A stretch of 64,000 bases of DNA, taken from NCBI GenBank assembly GCA_951406725.2, contig OX597818.1, positions 147,250,001-147,314,000 on the forward strand, given 5' to 3'. The DNA is from Octopus vulgaris. Lineage: Eukaryota. The position numbers and the translations under genes are program-made. The notes beneath the pieces were generated by a model, which ran no database searches, was not told the origin of the DNA, and worked only from the letters and a program-made list of their open reading frames with translations. Shown in pieces: positions 55,482 to 64,000 of the stretch (position 1 is its first letter; each line of letters starts with the position of its first letter).

Positions 55482-56276
55482 GGATCTTTTCCTTTCGAAC
55501 GGCACTTTGTAACATAATTTCTAGGTAACTAAAAAGTTTTAAACCTCGTATACTGGTAGAATGTGTTTATAAAACATCATTTTCTCTTGGCTTTATTGAG
55601 AAAATTCTATATGTTGTAACATATTTCGTCTTTAATTTCGAGCATTTCGGCAATTTTAACCAATCACTGGCGTCCATGTAGGTAAATAACATTCTGTGCA
55701 TAATGAATATGTCCCTCCTTTAAGAAACAGATTGGGTTTATTTATACTTGTGAAGAAAAAAAGATACCCTTCCCCAACCCCTAACCCTAACTCTAAAATA
55801 GATTGAAATGCAATAGATCGATACTAGGGTTATAATTATGGGTGACAATTTCATACGACACCGCTAGAAAAAAATCCCATTTTCCGTAGCAGTGTCGTAT
55901 AAAATTGTCACCCATAATAATAACCCTAGTATCGATCTATTGCATTTCAATCTATTTTAGATTTAGGGTTAGGGTAAGTGGTGGGGGAAAGGTATCTTTT
56001 TTCTTCACAAATGTAAATAAACCCAATCTGTTTCTTAAAGGAGGGACATATTCATTATGCACAGAATGTTATTTACCTAAATGGACGCCAGTGATTAGTT
56101 AAAATTGCCGAAATGCTCGAAATTAAAGACGAAATATGTTACAACATATAGAATTTTCTCAATAAAACCAAGAGAAAATGATGTTTTATAAACACATTCT
56201 ACCAGTATACGAGGTTTAAAACTTTTTAGTTACCTAGAAATTATGTTACAAAGTGCCGTTCAAAAGGAAAAGATCC
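55482..56276. mobile_element. ~795 bp fold-back element / MITE
   Basis: ~385-bp highly similar inverted arms ggatcttttcc...ggaaaagatcc with a ~20 nt spacer near 55867-55886. Confidence 0.92.
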
Positions 56277-57269
56277 TTTCTTTATTCACTTCCAAGGACA
56301 ATGTAAAATATTTTATTTTAGTTTTAGGTGGCACGTTACTTCGTTCCACCCATCTTATTTTCTTGCCTCCTCAAACAAGGGGTTGCGGTTAGATTGTCCT
56401 TAGAGGCCCACCTGTGTCTGGCTGTTTTTATTCCCTCTTATTCATTGAAGCAGTATCCTACCACCGCATCATATAGTCATCCCTTCCCGTATGCCATACT
56501 AATGCTCACACGTCATGCTTCCATTTCCCCGCTTTGCTAGAATAGGGAGATCGCTTTCCCTGCTTTTTTCGGTTTATGTCCCTATATAAGAAAGCTCACT
56601 TTTTATTTCTCTTCCTTTAATCGGGCCGAGCTTAGCTTTAACAGTATCCATAATCTCTACGTGAAATCCTGACGTTGTCGTCAGTTGCAAACTCAACTCA
56701 AATTTGGGTCGCGTGTGCAAATGATGCTGCTGTTCTCAGTGTCGTTATTTGCTGTTGTTGTTGTTCTCATTATTGTTATAGTTGATGGCGACGACGTTAG
56801 TTTCGTTGCTATTGTTGTTGTACGTGGGTCTCAGAGGAATTGGCATCAGCGGTTCTACTGTCACATTCATTGCTAATCAACGGTGGTAGATTTACTGTTG
56901 TTGTTGTTGTCGAGGCTGCTATAGAACTGCTGTGGACTACGAGAGAAGACTGACAGTGTCTATCGTAACTACTACTATCAACTTGTATTTCAACTCCAAA
57001 TGGAATGACTTGAATCATAGATCAGCTCAACGCATAACACAGCTCAATACAATACACCCTGCACACCAAAGTAACATGGGATTTTGTCGAAAATGTGAAA
57101 TACTTCAAGTGGTTGGAAAAACTTTAACAAGATCTTGTGTCATATGACAAAAGTGACAGCAGAAACTACGAAACAAATCCAACAACAATATAAACCCAAT
57201 TCTATATCTCCAAAAGACAATACTGTGCACTAAGGTGTACGTGGTAGTGCTTAATGAAGCTGTTGGGAA

Positions 57270-57445
57270 AATAATGATGATGATGGTGGTGGCAGTGGTG
57301 GCGGTAGTAGTGGCAGCAGTGGTGGTGGTGGTGGCGGCGGCAGGGTGGTGGTGGTGACGACGACGACAATATGGGTAACGATGATATTGCTGCTGCTGCT
57401 TCCGAAGATGACGGCGGTGATGGTGGGTAGGATGATAATGATTTC
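57270..57445. repeat. Mixed trinucleotide repeats (GAT/GGT/GGC/GAC/GCT)
   Basis: Direct reading. Confidence 0.8.
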
Positions 57446-59344
57446 TGATTTAGGCTCAAGAGAACGTGTTAGTTGATCCATCCACACTAGTAATCAACTT
57501 GTACTTTATTTTTATCTACCTCAGAGGGATGGAACGCGAAGTTGACCTCAATAGGTGTTGCACTCAAAATGTAAAGAGCCAAAACAAATACTGCAGAGTT
57601 CTAATAATAAGCAAATCTCTGAGCAATTTAGCTGGTCTATGTGTCCAATGCTCTGCAAAGTTTTCTTTCTAATAGCATGAAGTTGCTTCTCCAGTTGCCA
57701 GGCAGCAAGACAACCAGTTTAACAATAATGGTCTCTAACAGCTAATGAACAGGAATGGGCACAGTTTTGAAAGCCAACAGAATACATAACACTCATCAGT
57801 TATAGTATGATGATTGTACATTATTTTTTTACAGGCAAAATTGACTGGTGATAGATAAATAACTTTGCTAGAGAGATCATGAAGTGCCAGTATGATAGAG
57901 AAAGGACCGCAAATTGGCTATCAGAGACTGTTTATTTGAAAATGACTTCTTTTTATTAACTTTTATCAGTAAGGTATACACATTCATAATACATCATTAC
58001 AACTGTCGTTATGTGCGGTCCGTGACTGCAATGTTGAAAGATTTAATACATTGACAACAGGTTCTACTGTTAATACAGACATATGTGATACTCATTAGAC
58101 AACTATTATTGGCTATTATAGATAGTGAAAGGATTAACTCATTGAAAATAGGCTCCTTAAGCAGAAGAACTGTATGTGGTAATCATTACACCAGCAGTTC
58201 CCAACCAGGCTCCTCTGGAACGCCAGAGTTTCATATGCAATCACAAGATGTCCTGTGAGAAACAAGCATGACTGTGGTTAAGAAGCTTGTTTTGTAACTT
58301 CTTCAGGGTCAGTTCCACTGTGCAGCACCTTGAGCAAGTGTCTTCTTTTATAGCCCTGGATAGACCAATGTCATGTGAGTCAATATGTAAACAGGTTTTT
58401 GTGTATAAGCTCATCATATATATGTTTATATACATGTGTGTGTGCGTGTGTGTATCAGTGTGCAAAATTGTGCCTGTGTTTGCTTCCCTGCACCATTTGA
58501 AAACCAGTATTGATTTGTTTAGGCTCCTGTAACATAGTGGTTTGATAAAATAAATCAATAAAATAAGCACACTTAAAAAAAAAAGTACAGAGTTCGATTT
58601 GTTCAACTAAAACCATTCAAGATGGTGCCCCATTATAGCCACAGTCCAATGAGAGAAACAAGTAAAAGATAAAAGATATAAGACCTAAGTTAATTGTATG
58701 CATTTTTGAGTCATTTTTGTGTTTCATTTTGTTTTCATAATTTTATTACACACACAGACATAGTTGCATAGTTTCTCTTCTCAATTATGTGGTTTCAGAC
58801 TCAGTCCCATTACACAGCAACCTGAACAAGTGTCTTCTACAGCAGCCTAGGCTGAACAATACCTTGTGAGTGAATTTAGTTGATGGAAACTGTACAAAAC
58901 CAGTGTATATACACATACATACATATGCATGCACATGCACACATACATACATTTATACATACATACATACATACATGAGGATGACTGTCCCCTTGTTATC
59001 GAGTATGGCCATTGCACGAGGCTTAACTGTTATTGGTGCTGTGATCGAATGTGACTTTTTAGCCCAGCTTAAGATCTATAATGTCTTATACAGAAATGGC
59101 AGCTAAAACCTTTACCGGTTGTAACTAGACTTCATGTACCTTTGCATGTCGTTTAAGTCCTCCTGCCAAATTACACTCCCTTCCACATGCCTAACAGATA
59201 TGATTAGTATGGTGTGTAGCACCACCAGCAGCAACCTGGTCATCAATCATTTGTCTCGCTTTATGATTATGAAGCTGACTCTTGAGTCCAGCTTTACTGA
59301 GGCAAGGTCTTGCACAGACACTGTATATCAGCATCATAGGAAGA

Positions 59345-59478
59345 ACCTTACCTGCTACGGTCAATAGCTATGCCCTCCCATGTGTCAGGAGAGATGCTAG
59401 TATCTCTTAAGGAAGCCTTCAGCAAATCTTCATACCTCTTTTTTGGTTTATGTGGAGGTCGTTCTCCTTTAGCTAAAC
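59345..59478 (-). mobile_element. RTE C-terminal fragment
   Basis: GERPPHKPKKRYEDLLKASL...WEGIAIDR. Confidence 0.65.
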
Positions 59479-60039
59479 ATACATACATACACACATACAT
59501 ACAGATCCAAGCCATCACTGGAACTGTAAAAATTTGTAAAACTTTCCAGAAGTTTATCATTTAAGTATATATGATGTAAAAGCACCCACTACATTCTTGG
59601 AGTGGTTAACTTTAAGAAGGGCATCCAGCTGTAGAAAGTTTGCCAGATCAGATTGGAGCCTGGTGCAGCCTTCTGGCTCACCAGTCCTCAGTCAAACCAT
59701 CCGACCCATGCCAGCATGGAAAGCAGACGTTAAGTGACAATGATGATGATGATGAGCATGTCCAGAAATGCATCTACATGCATAAGAATATGTACATAAA
59801 ACAAAACATAACTATACACATGCACTGACTCCAAATACTGCACATATACGCACATAAATGCAAAAATGCCTGTTGATATTGGTGAAATTCAAATGAAGGA
59901 GCTTTGGATCTAAGTTAGAGACCAGCTCTTTCTCTATTGAGAAGGAATAAAATAAAATAAAACTGAATGATATACATACATAAAAATAAAACTGAATAAC
60001 ATACATACATACATAAAAACCTACAGTATGGTAGAAGCC

Positions 60040-60660
60040 ATAGCCACCCATAATAAAAAGGAGTACTGGTGGAATGTCCCAGTGAAAACCTAAATAAAAT
60101 GTAAACATAATAGACCTGACACAGTAATTTGTGATAGAGAAAAGAAACTGTGTACAGTTATGAAAATCAGCTGCCCAGCAGATCAGTGAAACAGAAAATA
60201 CCTACACTGAACTATTGAGGAATCCACAGCTACTCTATCCAGATTACAAGTTCAGGTTTATACTTGTAATTATTGGAGCACTGGGATGTGTAACACACTG
60301 CCTAAATAACAATCTTGAGAAATTAAGCTTCTCAAAACCAGAAAAGAGAAAACTGATTGGAAAATTAGAGATCCAATCCATCATTGAAACTGTAAAAATC
60401 TGTGAAACTTTCCAGAAGTTTATCATTTAAGTGTATAGGAGCATGTCTAGATATATAACTATATGCATGAGAATACATACATAAAATGAAACATACAAAT
60501 CTGCATGTGTACATACATACATACATACAAAAATACCCTGTTGATGTTGAAATTCCAATGAAGGAGCCTTGGATCTAGGTTAGAAACTGGTGCTATCTCT
60601 ATTGGCATACAATCTTGAAATAAAACTGTATAAGGACATGCATATATGTACATATATGTA
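60040..60660 (+). mobile_element. R4/Dong-like 3' end (RLE C-terminus and UTR)
   Basis: RPDTVICDREKK...ISCPAD, VIIGALG; second copy at ~59500-60000 interrupted by an RTE tail (59575-59755). Confidence 0.7.
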
Positions 60661-60960
60661 AAAATAACAAAGTAGGGATATATATATGTGTGTGTGTGTG
60701 TATGTATGATATATGTATGTATGATATATGTATGTATGTACATGTGTGTTTGTATATATATGTATGTATGTCCTGGGTATGGCTTTAAACGGCATCCAAT
60801 AGTGGGACCCTTGTAGGGAGTTTCAGGATTTTAAGGCGTGTGAAACCACCTCTTAGTCACCATTGTTTCCGGGCCTGTTCTGACCTGAAGTGGTAACATG
60901 TGTTAGGGTCCCAGCAATGGGTTAATTAGCATATGAGTTACTGGGGTGAAAGACTTTTAA

Positions 60961-61176
60961 CCCTTTAGCATTTAAACCGGTCATACCTGGCCAAAATATT
61001 GTACCTGTTTTATGTTCAAACTGGCCAGATCTGGCATCTCACACCTATCCTATAATGTCATTCTAAAAATAAACAATCACGTCATTGAAATCTTGAGGCT
61101 ACAAGACAATGCATAGTTCAAAACAATGTGAATAAATAAACATTACTTTTGATTGAATAATGTGAATGCTAAAAGG
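60961..61176. mobile_element. piggyBac-like MITE
   Basis: TTAA|ccctttagcatt ... aatgctaaaagg|TTAA. Confidence 0.8.
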
Positions 61177-61439
61177 TTAAACTGAATATTATAACAAGCA
61201 TTAAAAATTTGTTCCACCTATCTTGCATATCTTCCATCTTAATAACTTGAATAAGACTATCTTAAAAGGACGTGTGGAGGGGAAGAGAGCAAGAGGCCAA
61301 AGATATTTTTGGACTGATAACTTCAAAGAATAGATAAGAAAGAAGAGCCTGGTTTGTGTATGCACAATGCAGAATGACTTGGAGAGTCTTGGCAAAATGA
61401 ACTCTGGACACAGGGAGGACACCTGGTTTATTGTTGATG

Positions 61440-62036
61440 ACACATAACTGTGGAGGGAACCTGTGGTAGAGGGGTAGACCCAGGGAGACATGGGACGAGT
61501 TGGTGAAGCATGATCTTCAAACTTTGGGCCTCACAGAGGCAATGACTAGTGACCAAAACCTTTGGAGGTATGCTTGAGAAGACCCATCAAGCCAAGCGAA
61601 ATTGTAGTCATGGCTGATGCTAGTGTCATATAACTGGCACCTTTTCCAGTGGCACATAAAAAACACCTTTTGAGCATCAGGCTTCATGGAGGCAAAGTGG
61701 TAGATGCTGGTGGCATGTGAAAAGTTCCTTTCAAGGAGGCAATGATGAATGACCAAGACCTTTGGCATTTTGTTGTACTTGAAAAGAAGACCCATCAGGC
61801 CAAATAAAATCTCAGTTGTGGCAAATACTGGTGGCATGCAAATGGCACCCATGCCAGTGACACGTAAAAGCACCCATTATACTCTCAGAGTGGTTAGCAT
61901 TAGGAAGGGCATCCAGCTGTAGAGACCATGCCAATTCAGACTGAAGCCTGGTGCAGCCTTACAGCTTGCCAACCCTGGTCAAACCACCCAACTCATGCCA
62001 GCATGGACAATGGATGTTAAATGATGATGATGATGA
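61440..62036 (+). mobile_element. RTE 3' fragment with (GAT)n tail
   Basis: Matches 20270-20420 then the UTR. Confidence 0.8.
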
Positions 62037-62184
62037 TATATGTATATATATATTTCCAAATTTGTGTAAATGTGTATAGAATAATATATCAGTTGAATAA
62101 AGTTACAACATGGTCTGGTTTTCACGTTTTTTATTATTATATCTAAAAAAAAATGTTTGCAATGTTGAAGTGTGTTAAACATGA

Positions 62185-62552
62185 GCGGCTGTGTGGTAAG
62201 TAGCTCAGTCCCACAGTGTGGCACCTTGGGCAAGTGTCTTCTACTATAGCCTTGGGCTAACCAAAACCTTGAGTGGATTTGGTAGACGGAAACTGAAAGA
62301 AGCCCGTCATATATATGTATATATATATGTATATGTGTGTATATGTTTGTGCGTCTATGTTTGTTCCCCAACATCGCTTGACAACCGATGCTGGTGTGTT
62401 TATGTCCCTGTAACTTAGCGGTTTGGCAAAATAAACCGATAGAATAAGAACTAACAAAGAATAAGTCCTGGGGTCGATTTCTTTGACTAAAGGTGGTGCT
62501 CCAGCATGGCTGCAGTCAAATGACTGAAACAAGTAAAAAGAGTAAAAGAGTA
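62185..62552 (+). mobile_element. Family A SINE
   Basis: Homologous to 63378-63745. Confidence 0.85.
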
Positions 62553-62924
62553 ATGGTCATAAAGTTCAATTAGTGCTTTCATATGTTCATAGTAATCATC
62601 AGATTTCAAAATGTATTGACTGATAGTTGAGTTGAATGCTTGACAACTGTAGCAAAATGATTGACTTCTTCCTTTTTATACCTTTTTGAAGGCTCTGACA
62701 AGCTGAATTTTTCTGATACGGTTTTAACCAATCAGCATGCAGCTTAAACTGTATGCTTGTCGGAGCCTTCTAAAAGGTATAAAAAGGAAGAAGCGAACAT
62801 GCATGTATGAGTAAGCATGTACATATGTAATTTTGGATAGGTAGAACTCTTTTGCTGATGTGATATAAAATACACCTGGTCCATTTGGTTAAAGTTTTCA
62901 GCAAATGAATAGAGCCACCATATA

Positions 62925-63119
62925 TCTCTCTTTTATTTGTTTCAGTCGTTTGACTGTGGCCATGCTGGAGCACCGCCTTTAGTCAAGCAAATCGACCCCA
63001 GGACTTATTCTTTGTAAGCCTAGTAGTTAGTCTATCAGTTACTTTTGCCGAACAGTAAGTTACGGGGACATAAACATACCAGCATCGGTTGTCAAGCGAT
63101 GTTGGAGGAACAAACACAG

Positions 63120-63166
<47 letters not shown>

Positions 63167-63305
63167 AAGGACTTCTTTCAGTTTCCGTTTACCAATTCCA
63201 CTCACAAGGCTTTGGTTGGCACAAAGACACTTACCCAAGGTGCCACACAGTGAGACTGAACCCGGAACCATGTGGTTCGTAAGCAAGCAAGTTACCACAC
63301 AGCCA
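62925..63305 (-). mobile_element. Family A SINE
   Basis: Reverse-complement copy. Confidence 0.85.
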
Positions 63306-63377
63306 TAGAAGATTCTTTAGTGTTTCAGAGGATCTCTACTGCTGGCACCGCAATAAAATGCAACTCATTATGTTTAG

Positions 63378-63745
63378 GTGCAGGCGTGGCTGTGAGGTAA
63401 GAAGCTTGCTTCCCAACCTCAAGGTTCTGGGTTCAGTCCCACTGCATGGCACCTTGGGCAAGTGTCTTCTACTGTAGCCTCGGGCCAACCAAAGCCTTGT
63501 GAGTGGATTTGGTAGACGGAAACTGAAAGAAGCTCGTATATATGTGTGTGTGTCTGTATTTGCCTCACCCCCATCGCTTGACAACCGATGTTGTGTGTTT
63601 ACATCCCAGTAACTTAGCGGTTCAGCAAAAGAGACCAATAGAATAAGTACTAGGCTTACAAAGAATAAGTCCTGGGGGTCGATTTGTTTGACTAAAGGCG
63701 ATACTCCAGCGTGGCCGCAGTCAAATGACTGAAACTAGTAAAAGA
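63378..63745 (+). mobile_element. Family A SINE, near full length
   Basis: tggctgtgaggtaagaagc A box, ggttcagtccc B box. Confidence 0.85.
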
Positions 63746-64000
63746 ATCCCTTTATAGAATGGCTCACAATTTTTATCCATAGAAAACATGCCAAAATCGC
63801 ATGGAATACGGACGTTAATTGAACATGATGATATGTATGTGTGCGCGCGCACATATGTATGCATGAATATATAATGTATGTATGCGTGCGTGGGTACAAG
63901 CGTATAGACAAACAGTTGCTGCTGACTCGCCGACAACTGTTTATCTTACAAATATTTTCTACACACAGTGTATTGAGTGCTCTTTTCTTACGTTTCTACT

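Noticed and set aside
55772-55796. Interstitial telomere
   Set aside because: Only 3-4 imperfect hexamers, inside a MITE arm
57202-57487. Poly-Pro/His ORFs
   Set aside because: Translation of mixed trinucleotide repeats

Overview
Repeat-saturated, AT-rich animal (eukaryotic) genomic DNA. The SINE, LINE and microsatellite repertoire looks like octopus or another coleoid cephalopod; this is inference from family resemblance, not a database search. No intact host protein-coding gene is recognisable, and the very long ORFs are microsatellite artefacts. The window holds decayed RTE, CR1-group, L1/Tx1-like and R4/Dong-like LINEs, a Penelope-like GIY-YIG fragment, a Tigger/pogo transposon split by a Ty3/Gypsy element, Helitron pieces, fold-back MITEs, several tRNA-derived SINE families and a ~4.1 kb (TATG)n array. 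The most striking signal is a set of minimal type I hammerhead-ribozyme (HHR) motifs with palindromic stem III, in about seven unrelated sequence contexts between 7 and 29 kb. They lie in non-coding elements embedded in (TA)n microsatellites, with tandem and inverted architecture. The best example is a near-identical 543-bp unit (9.7-11.2 kb) with HHRs on both strands, a candidate Penelope-mobilised retrozyme/circular-RNA system. Two candidate promoter/first-exon regions (~42.4 kb, ~56.7 kb) and an apparent CpG-content shift are weaker inferences. All coordinates were read by eye; element ends are approximate unless stated.
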